Assembly: GCA_030704615.1 (NCBI GenBank)
Contig: CM060733.1
Span: forward strand, 16,616,001 to 16,680,000
Length of the DNA stretch: 64,000 nt
From: Takakia lepidozioides
Lineage: Eukaryota; Plantae; Bryophyta
Direction: 5' to 3'
Notes under the pieces: generated by a model
Seen by the model: only the letters and a program-made list of their open reading frames with translations
Databases searched by the model: none
What the model was told of the DNA's origin: nothing
Position numbers and translations under genes: made by a program
Part shown: in pieces, positions 50,001 to 62,069 of the stretch
Layout of the letters: the number at the start of each line of letters is the position of its first letter
How positions within the stretch are numbered: the first letter of the stretch is position 1

Positions 50001-50381
50001 TGTGTTGCACGAGGCATTCTACCTGAGACACCTATGGGAACCTTAGGTGCACCCCAAATGGGGAGTACAGGTCTCCTTCATCACCCTCGGTCAGGTGTTC
50101 TTTTGAGTCGAGGTCGCGGCATGGTACTCCCCCCAGGTAGCCGTCACTCAGTACCAGGAAACCACCATTATGGAGTTCCCCGTCCTGTTGGAGATGGGCC
50201 GCATTGGAGAGCTAGACAGCTGGGTGCAGAACCTATGGCTGTTCGGGACAGGGGTCCTGATGGCAGGGAAGTATGGCAGCGACCAGGTTATGGCAGATCA
50301 TGTCGAGGGCAAAGGGACGCCGCCCGACCTGGGTTTGGTTCTTCTTTTCAGCACCCAGGCCGGAGAAGCAAAGGTCTATGA
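41026..50381 (+). CDS. Sen1/DNA2-NAM7-like SF1 helicase (At4g30100/At2g19120-like). Approximate exons 41026-42661, 44128-44316, 44882-44980, 45354-45524, 46843-46997, 47528-48331, 48586-49599, 49905-50381
   Basis: QDTSIERLHRE, FEPLLFEECRAQ, LVQGPPGTGKT, LVCAPSNAATDEL, IDEAAQ, VGDPQQLP, QYRMHP, TVDAFQGQE and RRMNVAVTRAR, with GT-AG boundaries. Confidence 0.9.
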
Positions 50382-51565
50382 GATGCAGAACATACTCATT
50401 GACCCTCACCATGAAAGGGTGTCTTCAACGCCATACCGCTTGGGATACTAACCGTGTGGGAGCGGATTGTGTCCCAGCCCGCCAGGGAGTGTGGGCCTGA
50501 ACCCGAAACTGCCATACCAAATGCTCTCTGCCAGCGTCAAATAAACTACATGGAATTGAGTCTTTCATCTATGGACTGGCATTGACATTATATTTGAAAG
50601 GTCAGGTTGAGTCCAGCCTGCTGTCGTAGAAACAGTTCAGAGGCCACCCAAACAGAGAGATTCAATGTGATTATTTGGCAGAATGCTGCCTAATTCAGTA
50701 GGCTAGTTGAGTTGTGAACCCCCCTCTCCCCCAAAATTTGTCCTCGCCTCACATCTTTGAAACTAGATGTGAGGCTAGAGGTCCAACTACAAAGGCCCTT
50801 TTTCTGGGCTGAACCAGAGAACATGTGCAAAGAGTTAGTGAGTGGCGTTGTTGCTACCATACCTGAAGGTGGTCTGCAACCCAATGAATTCAAGAATGTG
50901 GCATTGTGAAAAGCTAGTGGCCATGCTGTCATGGACACGCATTGATACTTCTGGAAAAACTGGAAAAAGGATTTCAGGGCCCTGTACATAAGAGGCTTCA
51001 GAGGTATAACATTTGTTGATGCTCAGACCCACAAAGGTATTATAATAATAAGCTTGTGGGCTTTGTCTATCTTTCACCTGCTCCAATGGAGAGTTGTCAG
51101 GTTTGTCATTATGGTTCTCTTTATGGCCAAATATGGTACATGGTAGTGGCAAGAATGTTCAGCCTGTTGGTGTTTTCATCTGTGATTTGGCCAGTTTGTA
51201 GTTGCCCTCTCTGAAGGCTGTGTTTATAGAAGGGTGTTTTTGTAAGTATTCAAGTCTCATCGTGTGAGAGCATCAGTTTGATGCCAGTAACCTCCGTCAC
51301 AACTGCATCTGTCTCATACAAGAAAGGATTTGCCCCAGAAATCAGACCCACCAAAGATCTGCAGCCAAGAGAGAACACGAGCTTAGGAACAGTGCCAAAT
51401 GCCTTAACATAGTGAGTTGTATGCAAGGTTTAGTGAGTTTTCACTCAAGGTTTTCTCTCGAAAGATTCAACTGTTTCTTCTAATTTTACTGGTGTGCTTT
51501 TACAGAGGTATTGTAACCTTCCCATCTGTTGTTTTGATTAGCAAACTGTCTCTGAACAGCTTGTT

Positions 51566-53986
51566 TCACCAGTAATCTCCACAAGAACAAACCCCATCTT
51601 GGAAGTGGTGATAGCGACTGGCATCCCTTACAACAACCATTCGCCCAACAATTCTTGAGATAAACTTGGTGGCAGTGTGGCAGTCACCACACACCCGAAG
51701 ATTCTTGATGACGCGGATAGGTGTCCCAGGGGGTGTGCTGATGAGCCCAAAAGCTATGGCCAGCTTCTCACTGTGATGTCCAAGAGAAATTTCCTTTCGT
51801 TCCTCCACAACATCATGCAATACAAAGCGTGTGTCAGGCAGGTACCCTGCCTCCTTCATTTGCCCAGTCAATCTATTCAGCTCAGCATGGATTCCCTCAA
51901 TTTGTGGATGACCTTGATCCTCCACAACGAATGTATGCACCAGGTTGTCCACCTCAATGCAGCTATGGCCTGGCTTCTTTCTGACACCTTTGTCCTCCAT
52001 CATTTTCCTCACCTTTGCTGCATCACTCCACCTGCCAGCCGCAGCATAGATGTTCGATAGCAACACATAAGTTGCAGCCTCCTGTGGACAGCCCTTAAAA
52101 AGGCAAATTGCAGCAGATTCTGCTAGCTCCATGCGGCCATGAATTCTGCAAGCACTTAGCAAGGGCCCCCACACCGAGGCATCTGGTTCTATTGGCATTT
52201 TGTTGATGAAGTCCGCTGCTTCATCCAGTTGCCCTGCACGACCAAGAAGGTCCACCATGCAGCCAAAGTGCTCCCCTCCAGGCATGAGGCCATGATCTTG
52301 ACTCATGGAATCAAAGTAGTAATGACCTTCATCCACAAGACCAACATGGTTACATGCAGAGAGGAGGCATATGAAGGTGACCCGGTCTGGTTTCAAGCCT
52401 TCTTGTTGCATTTGCTCAAATAGTTGCACGGCCTCCCTACCACACCCATGTTGACCATATCCTTCGATCATTGCACTCCATGAGAACACATTTCGCTCAG
52501 GCATATTGCCAAACACTTGACTTGCATCCTTCATGCTCCCGCATTTGGCATACATGTCTACAAGAGCAGTCTCCAAAATGACTTCCGGCGCAATTCCAGC
52601 CTGGATAATGTCAGCATGGACCTCTTTGCCCTTTACCAGGGTGGCCAGGCTACCGCAGGCCTTGAGAATGCAAATGAACGTGACCGAATCTGGCCTCACC
52701 CCTTCTTTTATCATTTGTTCATAGATCTGGAGAGCCTCCCTACCCCACCCATGCTGAGCATATCCCGTGGTCATGGCGTTCCATGAAACCACATTTCGTT
52801 TTGCCATATTGTCAAACATTTGACGTGCATCCTTCATGCTTCGGCATTTGGCGTACATGTCGACAAGGGTATTCTCCAAAATTATATCTGGTGTGATTCC
52901 AGCTTTGATGATTTCCGCATGAACCTCTTTTCCCCTCTCCAGGTCTCCTAGATTGGCACATGCATTGAGAACACATGTGAATGTGACCCCATCTGGTTTC
53001 AAGCCTTCCTGTTGCATTTGCTCAAATAGTTTCAGGGCCTGCCTACCACACCCCTCATGAGAATATCCTGTGATCATTGCACTCCACGAGACGACATTCC
53101 GTTCAGGCATGTTGTCAAACACTTGGCGTGCATCCTTCATGCTCCTGCATTTGATGTACATATCGGTAAGGGCAGTCTCCAGAATGATATCTGACGCAAT
53201 TGCAGCTTTGATAATGTCAGCATGGACCTCTTTGCCCTTCTGTAGGGCACCAACGCTGGCACACGCTTTGAGAACGCAAATGAATGTAACTTTGTTGGGC
53301 GTTGTTCCTTCCTGTATCATTTGCTGATAAATCTCCAAAGCTTTGCTACCACACCCATGCTTTGCATACCCTGCCATCAATATAGTCCATGTGAACACAT
53401 CTCGTTCAGCTATGCTGTCAAACAAATGGCGCGCATCTGCCATGCTCCCACACTTGCCGTACATGTGGACAAGGGTGTTGAGTAGAAATAAATTTGGCTT
53501 GAATCTACTTAGGATAATGTGGGCGTGCACCTGCTTCCCTGTTTCCAGGTCTTTAGCTTTGATGCATGTCCGCAACAGACACACATACGTATTGGTGTCT
53601 GCTGAAATGCCTTGGTGGTTCAAAATGTGCAGTGCCTCTTTCATCCGCCCTGTCTTGCATAGCATCCTCACATCGGTACATGGGCCAGAAGAATTCTTGT
53701 CAACGCCTTGTGTCTGTCCTTCATGCCAGGATTGTAGATGATACTCAATTTTGTTTGCAGTCCATGTTTGACCAGAGACTGTCTGTCGACAATAATCTGG
53801 ACCATCAACAGATTGTTGTATCATGGCAGCAAGCTCTGTTTTCACCCAAGGAGGGTTCGACCAACTCCAAAGGGCCTCCATGTCTGCAGTGTGGTGAGCT
53901 TGGACTTCTGTGAAACCACCAGCGGCCATAGTCTCAACCAGCCTCCCATAGACCATGGCTACCACCAAGCATCTTTCAAACAACAC
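51566..53986 (-). CDS. PLS-class PPR-E1-E2-DYW RNA-editing factor (PG type), paralog of the gene at the window start; true start uncertain
   Basis: 14 PLS motifs, KKPGHSCIEV, HSEKLA...CGDCH and DYW. Same linker (LC..G..KEAL.ILN..GISAD..TYVCLL). Residual PDF half-motif EALWSWSNPPWVKTEL. Confidence 0.92.
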   Translation of the reverse strand: MLFERCLVVAMVYGRLVETMAAGGFTEVQAHHTADMEALWSWSNPPWVKTELAAMIQQSVDGPDYCRQTVSGQTWTANKIEYHLQSWHEGQTQGVDKNSSGPCTDVRMLCKTGRMKEALHILNHQGISADTNTYVCLLRTCIKAKDLETGKQVHAHIILSRFKPNLFLLNTLVHMYGKCGSMADARHLFDSIAERDVFTWTILMAGYAKHGCGSKALEIYQQMIQEGTTPNKVTFICVLKACASVGALQKGKEVHADIIKAAIASDIILETALTDMYIKCRSMKDARQVFDNMPERNVVSWSAMITGYSHEGCGRQALKLFEQMQQEGLKPDGVTFTCVLNACANLGDLERGKEVHAEIIKAGITPDIILENTLVDMYAKCRSMKDARQMFDNMAKRNVVSWNAMTTGYAQHGWGREALQIYEQMIKEGVRPDSVTFICILKACGSLATLVKGKEVHADIIQAGIAPEVILETALVDMYAKCGSMKDASQVFGNMPERNVFSWSAMIEGYGQHGCGREAVQLFEQMQQEGLKPDRVTFICLLSACNHVGLVDEGHYYFDSMSQDHGLMPGGEHFGCMVDLLGRAGQLDEAADFINKMPIEPDASVWGPLLSACRIHGRMELAESAAICLFKGCPQEAATYVLLSNIYAAAGRWSDAAKVRKMMEDKGVRKKPGHSCIEVDNLVHTFVVEDQGHPQIEGIHAELNRLTGQMKEAGYLPDTRFVLHDVVEERKEISLGHHSEKLAIAFGLISTPPGTPIRVIKNLRVCGDCHTATKFISRIVGRMVVVRDASRYHHFQDGVCSCGDYW

Positions 53987-54951
53987 GGAACAAGCTTGGG
54001 CAACCTACTGTCATACTGTGCTAAAAAGGAACAACTGACAATGTGAAGTAGATTCCGTTTAGCTGCCAGTGCAACAGTCTAATCTATTATAATCAACTGG
54101 ATATACAATCCAGTCTGTCGGCATGCCAGGTTCAGTCAAAAGTCATCCTTGACACGTTCTATCATGTCCTAAATGAGGACTCTTCCACCTTATCAAACCT
54201 GTTGTCACACCACTGAAGGATCTGAGAAGAACCCAAGCCAAAGCCGTTCTCTGCTCATTGCTTGACCTGTAAGTAAATCAGGACTCCCCCAGCTTACAAT
54301 TGCTTCAGACTCTACTGAGGAGTGCAAGCATAGCTTCAGAGAACTTCTGCAATCTACTCTCACCTCTTTCTTTATCTCGTGCACACAAGGAGTATACAAA
54401 CATACCAAAAATTACAGATGTTGCCAAAGACACTGAAGGCGCTTGTTACGACAAAGGCTGCCCGTTTATTGTGAGTACCACAGCCATTGTACGACCAGAC
54501 TCTGGATGTTCGCTAGCTTGTGCTCCACTGTGGATCAAAGCAACTAACTTCCCTTTCCTCAACTGAGGGGTTGAGAAACCCTCAATCCAAAAGACAATCA
54601 TTGGCAATCTTGGACTTCTGTGAAAGCAACTGGGTAGGTGCGCAATCATTAACTTAAACCATAGACAGGCTACAACCAACCAAACTTTAAACATCCTTCA
54701 AATAACAAGGAACAACCTTGAAAATCCAACTGATGGCAGCATTATGAACCCCTTTTGCTGCTTTTTCCTGATGAAGAGCAATAATCTCATCTAGAGATGC
54801 AATCCCGTCCACAAAGGAACATCATGCCAACTGCAATCAACAAACAATCCTCAGACAAATCCTTTTACATACAATGGACAAAGCCACACCTTATCAAAGC
54901 TGTTGTCCCACCACTGTGAAGGTTCTGAGAAGAAGAGCCATTCTTTGCTTT
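53840..54951 (-). other. Two tandem, decaying PDF-motif exon pairs upstream of the second PPR-DYW (about 700-bp period)
   Basis: 54951-54890 WLFFSEPSQWWDNSFDK|GT. From 54617 SPRLP..FWIEGFSTPQ. 54266-54189 RLWLGFFSDPS/QWCDNRFDK|GT (frameshifted). From 53907 SPSSP/EALW..PPWV. Both second-half exons share the acceptor TTTCACAG|AAGTCCAAG. Confidence 0.72.
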
Positions 54952-55977
54952 CTGTGCAAGAATTATAAGAATATCTCCCCAGTCTCCATCCAGGACTGGG
55001 AGTGCCAGTACTTGAACATACATTCTCAGCAGCTATATTAACACCACCTGTCTATCTGTGATGACGGGTCCTAAAAAAATTGAGATGCGAGCTCAAAATG
55101 CTTGCACACCTTGAAATCAGCTGCAGGATTTTCCGCTGCGATCCATGACATGATAACTCTTCACCCTGGGCCAAGAAAAACGTGTTGAATATTTCTCCAA
55201 AATCAGGAAATCCCAGAGGCTATGACCTGTGTCTATCTCCTGTAAAAATTGGAGAGTAGACAGAAATTTCAGATGCTACAGCCGATATTGAGGGAGCTGA
55301 ACGGCCTGGTTGTCGATTTCAATCCTGCTTGCACCTCTTCGACCAATTTATCTTGCGGAAAGTAAACAAAGAGTCGTGTGTTTGTACCTCTCTTCCGTAT
55401 CTCAGGCTTGGTAAAGGTGTCGTAGCCATCACTCGCACCGGTCTAGCCGGCATTCCCAAGCTGGATACTAATTTCAGCTCCATAGTGGCCCGATAATCTG
55501 CTGCATATTTTAGGCTGCCGCCCATTCACTGCAAAGGAGAGAACAGGGCAGCTCTCAGGATAGCAGCGGAGTGCGCTGCCATCCAAGTTTGCAAGCTGTC
55601 ACCCACAATCCACAAATCAGCTACTTTGTACTCGCTTGAGATAAAAGGACCAAATGGGTGAAGGGTGTAATGAATCCGATGACCGCAAGACAATCCAAAA
55701 TGAATGCAAGACAAAATGTGAGATGCACGCTGTCCAAATATCTTGGCCAAAACTTCCTCGGTTTTGAACCTGCAGAAACATGTCCTTGGCCTTTTGGTCG
55801 CGGCCCTTCACCCGGCGCTTTTGTTTTTTGTTGTTGGAAAGAGACACCAAGTTCATTCCACAGCAGAAAACACGCGACAAGCAGGCACGGCGCTTTGTCT
55901 GTGTATATTCCCCCCAGTCCATCATATTCCTCGCCATTTGGTAATGTAGGAACGGCCTTCACTAAGTTATTACATAC

Positions 55978-57744
55978 TTTTTTTCTTTTTTCTTTTTTTT
56001 TCAAAACAGGGAACTGAGGCCCTGTAGAATTTATTTCAAAAAAGCGGATTACAAAGAAAGTGAGGAAAAAATAACCTCACTAGGAAACCATGAGGACGAT
56101 AAAGGAGCTTTGCCCCGTAACCAAAACTAAGAAGCCTGCAGAGGCTAAGGATAAGAGCGTTGCAGGTGGGGGATGTCTAAGGCTTGGAAGAGGCGAAAGG
56201 AAGATGTGCCTTGGACTTGCCCTTCCGAAGGGAGTGCTTGTGGCGCCAATTGACGTCAGAGTCTCAGGCTTTGCTGACTGCTGGGCACTACGTGAACTGC
56301 CAACATGCCGGGAGTTGGTTGTTCCAGACAACCGATGAGTCTGAAACTCTTGTGCACAGAATGCCTCCTTTTCCCCAGGACTTATCAAAGTCAGCGAATA
56401 GTTGCAACCTCTTGTTCTGAGAGCTTCTAGCAGCAGCTGCACACAAAACGCTCCACGATTTTCTCACTTCAGTCATAAGGTCGGAATGAATTCGATACAA
56501 TGCTATCTTAGCACATGGTACCTTAGTCTCAAAAACACAAGAGCACCTACATTTCCAAATATTCCACAAGGTGTGGGCACGAAGTGCTATCCAGAGAGGG
56601 CATGTACTCCAGTAAGCACCATTGTGCATGTTCAAGAGCAAAACGGAAATCTGGGAAGAGAAGTCCAGTGACCAGTGAGCATAAAATCTCTTAACAGCAG
56701 CCCATACTAGAGAGGCCAGAGGGCAATGGATCAGGCAATGCTCAATGGTCTCTAGACCATTCGAGTTACAGATTGAGCAAGGGAGCTGGGGATCCGAAAT
56801 GTACGCGAAAACTGGCAAGATATGATTGACAATCTTCCATAGAAATCCACATATTTTTGCAGCCCTTTGTTTTCTCCAAACATCCTTCCAAACCATGAGC
56901 CAATTCACTGAGGGCGGTGGAAGATGCTCCCACTTAGCATTCCATTTGTGAGAGAAGAGAGCCGGGGGTCTCAGCAAATTGTAACCAAGCTTGACCGAAT
57001 AGCTAAAGAAGGGTTTGTGAGGGGTTGACATCCAGTTCCACTCTACAGGGTCAAATTGAAGTTGTGTGACCGGAGCATTTAGGAATTAACAGAAAGAACC
57101 AGAGTAGTGTTTGATATTGGGAGGCGGCGAAGGATTGCATGCTCCCGTAATCCTGCAGAACACTCTAATCGCAAATAGACCTTCTTCATGTAGATACTTG
57201 AACGATGGATGGTATAAGCCCCCAACCCTATCAGCCTGAAACTGCCAGCCCGCTAGAGTGCTGCCATGGCGAGATATGGCGTAGAGGGCCACCTGCGCAG
57301 ACCCGGGGGCACCTTTCCCAAGCCAAGCAGGAAGTAGCCTTGGTGCATCCTGGACGGAGGGAAAAGAAGTCCAAAGTTGGGGTATCTCTTTAATCAGAGA
57401 ATCCCAAGCCCCTGCCCTTCTGGAAGAGAGGTGGGAGGTGACCAGGTCTTTGGGGAGGAAGCTGGGAGGATCCCAGATATGGCAAAAATGCAAAATTCCA
57501 GCCATCTCCCAATGGCTCCATTTTTTAGCACCTGATAATAGCACCTCTGAATCGGAGTTGTAGTTCGCAAAAAGCGGCTGACGCAAGGCCTCTTCCAAGG
57601 TGGATGGCATGGTTTGATAGAGCGAGTTTCTCAATAGAACCCATGCAGCCCATATAGATATACATACTTCTTATGAACCACTAGGGAGTAGAACCCACAG
57701 GTAAACTAAAGAGCTTCTCATTCCCCTTCCTCAAGATTCAAATA
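55978..57744 (-). mobile_element. 5'-truncated L1-type LINE (post-RT region, zf-RVT, poly(A) tail)
   Basis: WKDVW...KICGFLWKIVNHILPV...CSIC..ETIEHCLIHCP...LWNIWKCR. T-rich run at 55978-56001 corresponds to the poly(A). Confidence 0.85.
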
Positions 57745-57935
57745 GGGTAACTGTACCTATCATTGCACAAACCCCTATCATCGCCCACCCCAGCCCCTAT
57801 CATTACGCACCTGTGGACAGCGCAAACCCCTATGATTGCGCATCCCAGCCCCTGTCACTGCACACCTGTCGACGCGCACCCGTGGACCGTGCTTAGGGGT
57901 TTGCAAATGGTGTGCAATGATAGGGGCAATGGTAC
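57745..57935. mobile_element. Short fold-back element or MITE
   Basis: CCTATCATTGCAC..AAACCCCT near 57756 pairs with AGGGGTTT...GTGCAATGATAGG near 57895-57924. Internal CTATCAT repeats. Confidence 0.55.
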
Positions 57936-58160
57936 TTGGTTTTATGAAGATTATATAGGCTCGTTGTGCCCAACACTTCAATGTAGTGTATTGGGTTTTG
58001 AAGCCAACTTGCCAACCTCCTCCTAGGTCCAAATTTTGCACCGTAATATGATCATATGAACAAGTTAGCCTCTCATTTTACAATAATTGGGACGTTATGG
58101 CGCACGCGCGAGCTGACCGGTGGGCCCCGCGCACGGATGCCCGGCTCCTCCCACCCAGAA

Positions 58161-58400
58161 CCCCCCCCCCCCCCCCCCCCCCCCCCCCGCCCGCCGCTGT
58201 GTGGTGGCCCAGCCACGCCCGCTGCTGCCGTGGCCCCAGCAGCCCCGCCCGCCAGTCTGCCGGCAAGTCCGCTGTGCCAGTCCCCGCAAGTCCACCCAAC
58301 AATCCGTTGTGCCCGTCTGCTGCCCCCCAGTCTGCCAGTCCGTTGTGCCAGTCTCGGCCAGTCCACCCAACAGTCTGCCCGCCAGTCCGCCGCCCATGAG
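58161..58400. repeat. 28-nt poly(C) followed by GC-rich degenerate repeats
   Basis: C run 58161-58188. Repeated GCCAGTC and GTCCACCCAACA units. Confidence 0.8.
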
Positions 58401-58626
58401 TCCGCTTTCCTCTAGTCCACTGATGATGCCGCATCTGGAATGTCCGTTTGTAAATGCCATCTGAGCCCTCCATTTTTAGGGCATGAATTCAAACCTTATC
58501 CCTACCGCCTGCCACTTGCCAGTAGCCGCGAACGTGCGCACCGATGCTCCTTGCACGTTGTCCATCGTGTCCAGTGTACTACGGCGCGTTTCTTGCAGGT
58601 TTTGAAGCGTGTCCTCTATACTGTAC

Positions 58627-59472
58627 ATGGCATGGACGTGGAAGCAGTAGGCGATGATATACTAAAAACGGGAAGCCGGATTATACGGCCTCTTCGACAA
58701 AGTTTGCAAACAACCAAACCAGGACCCTTCAACACGAAGGACCTCCATTGGAAGAGAGACACGCAATAAGGTTATATGGGTGTGCGAGTGAATGTTCAGA
58801 AGGCCTGCATACCGTGGGATAGAGTTGATGACTTTCTCCTTGGAGAGGAGAGTTTGGTGGACTACCCCACTCAGTTTTGGGTGAATGTCCATACTAAAGT
58901 GCAACCCGACATGCTAAAAGAGCCGAGAGAACAGTATCATGTGTGCACCATCCTCATCGTCCTTTTGTAGTCTGATTGCATGTCTGTTGCCATTTTTTGT
59001 ACCCACATACTGTGATTTCATGCTTCCAGAAGTCGATGGATATCGATTGTGATTTTTATGTCCAGGTATCAATGCTGCTACGGTCCAGATGACAAACGCA
59101 CCAACAATGTGATAATGGAGGATCCCAAACTGAAACGTGGAGGACCTCTTGTGGGTGCTGGAACATCTCACCCTCATAAAGGCCCAAGGAGAAAGAAGTC
59201 GGAATATGGAGAGTCTTACAAGCGTGGTTGTCAATGCTGTTTCAAGGTCCAGCAATGTTATCTCGCCCCTGACATTTGTGTCCTCACGTACTACAACAAT
59301 ATGGAGCATACAGACGCGAAAGGGAACGCCTGTCATGGGAAGTCTGCTGAGTTCAGGAACACTCGCCATGCCTATACACCACACATTAGCGAGGAATTGA
59401 AAGCATGGGTCATGGAGTGTCTGTGTCGAGGCCTGTCAGTCGCCCAAATCATGATGGAACATAAAGAGCACG
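58627..59472 (+). pseudogene. MULE/SWIM-type transposase N-terminal fragment (At1g60560/At4g13970-like)
   Basis: IPWDRVDDFLLGE, YQCCYGPDD, KRGCQCCF, HTDAKGNACHG, PHISEELKAWV. In-frame stop near 58767; truncated by a gag fragment. Confidence 0.7.
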
Positions 59473-60460
59473 TTGTGAAGGCGTTTCTGCCACCATTGTT
59501 GAGCATAGCCCCTCAAATAGGTGGGAGCCACTTCCACCCGATCCTCGTCACTCAACTTGGCCGCCCGGAAGTACTGCTTTAGCTCCAGGAGCCAGGTGTT
59601 GAGTGCCTTCCGATTTCGGACGCCCTCGAAGGTGCCGGGTTCCTTAGGCTTCACCTTAAACTTTGCCTTAGTGGAAGTGGCATTAGCCGCCTTCAACACG
59701 TCTTTCAACGTCCCGCCAAACTGCGCCAACAACCCTTCCCAAAAGGCTGCCGGCATGGGAGGCATCTCTTGGTTTGTCGGAGCTCTCAAGGATTCCTCGG
59801 GCTCCGACTCCTTGGATTCCTCCCGCTCTTGAGCGGCCTCGTTTTCGGAAACATGCATCGCTTCCTCAAACGGCCGCCTCGGTGACACGTCGCCCCCATC
59901 GGGCTCACCAGGATCATCATCTTTTGGGCCGTTCCGCTTTCGCTTTGGTTTGCCCGACCCTATGATGAGGCCAATCCCAAGGACGATCGCGTACTGAACT
60001 CTAAGCTCTGATACCAAGTGTCGCGCACCTCCCTCCGGTAAGCTCCCCTCAAGTCATAGTTACTCGCTTTGATGCGCGCGCCTGACTCCCAACCTGGCCG
60101 CCGGGCCAACTTGGAGCTTCGGCTGCTCACCGGGGCATAACGGTCCCCCTTTGTTCTCCCAAAGAACCCTCCACCGATTTGGAACCAGCGGGAATTCCCT
60201 TTGGTAGTTGGTAGTCCGGAACAGCTCCCCACTCTTTGGTCGCTTTCCGGCTCGCTTGCTTACTCACTAGTTTTTGGTCACCAACGGGCTTGCACCGTTC
60301 TCGGGGTTACTACTCCCTATATATACTTCTGTAGCTGTCCGCGGGGGTTTCACAACCAGCCATGCCATTTTATGGCGAACCACCACGAAGACCCTCGATT
60401 CCCGATGGTGAGTCGCGGTGAGTCTTGGCCCACTCACCGCGGCCCCAATGGACCGTGATG
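59473..60460 (-). mobile_element. LTR retrotransposon 5' end: LTR (about 60460-60019), tRNA-Met PBS, truncated gag
   Basis: GCTCTGATACCA at 60005-60016 is the reverse complement of TGGTATCAGAGC, 2 nt from the LTR edge. Gag peptide PGTFEG...TWLLELKQYF...YLRGYAQQWW. Confidence 0.85.
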
Positions 60461-60699
60461 AGTCCCAAGACTCCCCATGACTCCCACCTCGAGGTCTCCA
60501 CCCCATGGTGAGTCCTATGCCACCCCCACTAAGTCCCGCTAAGCTACCACCACCCCTTGTGGAGCCACCCCCACCGCAACCCGGTGTGCGGGGCTCCACC
60601 TAGTGAGCGCCTCCGCCTCCTTGAGTGCCTTGGGCACTCAAGGGTGCTTCAGCCCCCATACCTATCGCTGCTACTGCCCCCACCACAGGGGCAACCCCT

Positions 60700-61890
60700 C
60701 TTGTGTCCCGACCCCCCCTGCCCTCAAGGCAAAGGGCCGCGACACCATGCCCATGTGAACGTTGTTTGGGCACTACAAGTAGATCTGAGGACGGTGTGCG
60801 CACACATCTCCTTCACCACAAAAGACATGAAGCATTTCGGGTGTGGATTGGAGATGGACCTGCAGACGAAGACGATGAGGAGTGGGCACAATTGGACAAT
60901 GCACACCCCCGAGGGAGCCATACAGACAGGCCAGACGAGGACTATGTCATGGGCACAGGACATGAACCAGGCATGGACGGAGGGGTGGAGATTACTCGAA
61001 TGTTGATAACTCGGAATCCCAGTTGGAGATAATGAGACGAATACATGACTATCTTGCGAGTTTCAACTTTCTTGGAGGTAGTTTCCAGTTTCTCTGGTGT
61101 CACAACTGCCTTCAAGCTGGGTTTAGAGGAATTAAGTCCCACTCGCAAATGCAGAATGTCTCCCTCATCTGCGTGGGCAAAATGGGGTTTGGCATGATAT
61201 GATTGTAGTTCACAACCAAAGGGCATATTCTTCAGCCTTCACGTTTTTGCGATCTTCTTCTGTGACGCCTTCTACATAACTTGTGAAATGGAAAAGCAGC
61301 TACACATCAAATTATTGCGATGCCACTCAATGGCACTATGAACGTTTCGAGCATGCTGTCAGAAAAGTAGACGGGCAAAAACCCAATTCAGCAGCCTCAC
61401 CTTGCGTGGATACTTGGGAATTGATGCCAGAAGGGCATGCCCGTATGCGCGCTCCATCGTGCCTCCATCCAGCACATTCTGTAAATGATGAATGACCAAG
61501 ACCCCGATGTCACACCGTTCTGAGAAGCCACTACGCGCGCTCACAGTATACGAAGGCCTTGCCGTGTCAGGATTTCCATTCCCACGTCCCGCCATGTCCG
61601 ACACAGCACTTGCATCCTTGTCTCTGCCAGGTGGAGGCAGCACGTATTAAAATATCTATTCCCCCAAGGCCACATTTTATTCACCTCTTTTTGTGAAAGC
61701 CACGTCAGCAAATGTGCTGCCGAGTCATGGGTGCAATGAAAGCGCAGTGGTTCATGGAGTCGTTGAGTCGACTACATATTCACTTTAATGAATAAATATC
61801 TTTATTCCATTAATCGAATTAGGAAAGAAAATTTGTAGTCGCATGTGCAGTAATTACAACCACTTGTAATTTTGGCTTTTTCAAATTTTA
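60700..61890 (+). mobile_element. CACTA-like remnant (transposase-associated domain and ACGT-rich subterminal-like DNA)
   Basis: CPCERC...VRTHLLHH.R..FRVW.G.G..DEDDEEW resembles the CACTA transposase-associated domain. Boundaries are uncertain. Confidence 0.45.
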
Positions 61891-62069
61891 TGTATTTACG
61901 CAATTCGTAAAATAGCCCGGAATTCTGCTACGACTCCGGAGTTGTTGACCCCACTTCTGTCCGCCGTCTGAAATGCCCCCGTGGGCCCACATTGTCTGTT
62001 TCGACTCTCCAGTAGTCCCAAGTGGTTCCCGGAGTGGTTGCGGACATGCAGTCAAATCGGAAAAGACAC

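Noticed and set aside
58056-58473. Pro-rich and Gly-rich ORFs in all frames
   Set aside because: Artefacts of the poly(C) run and GC-rich repeats.
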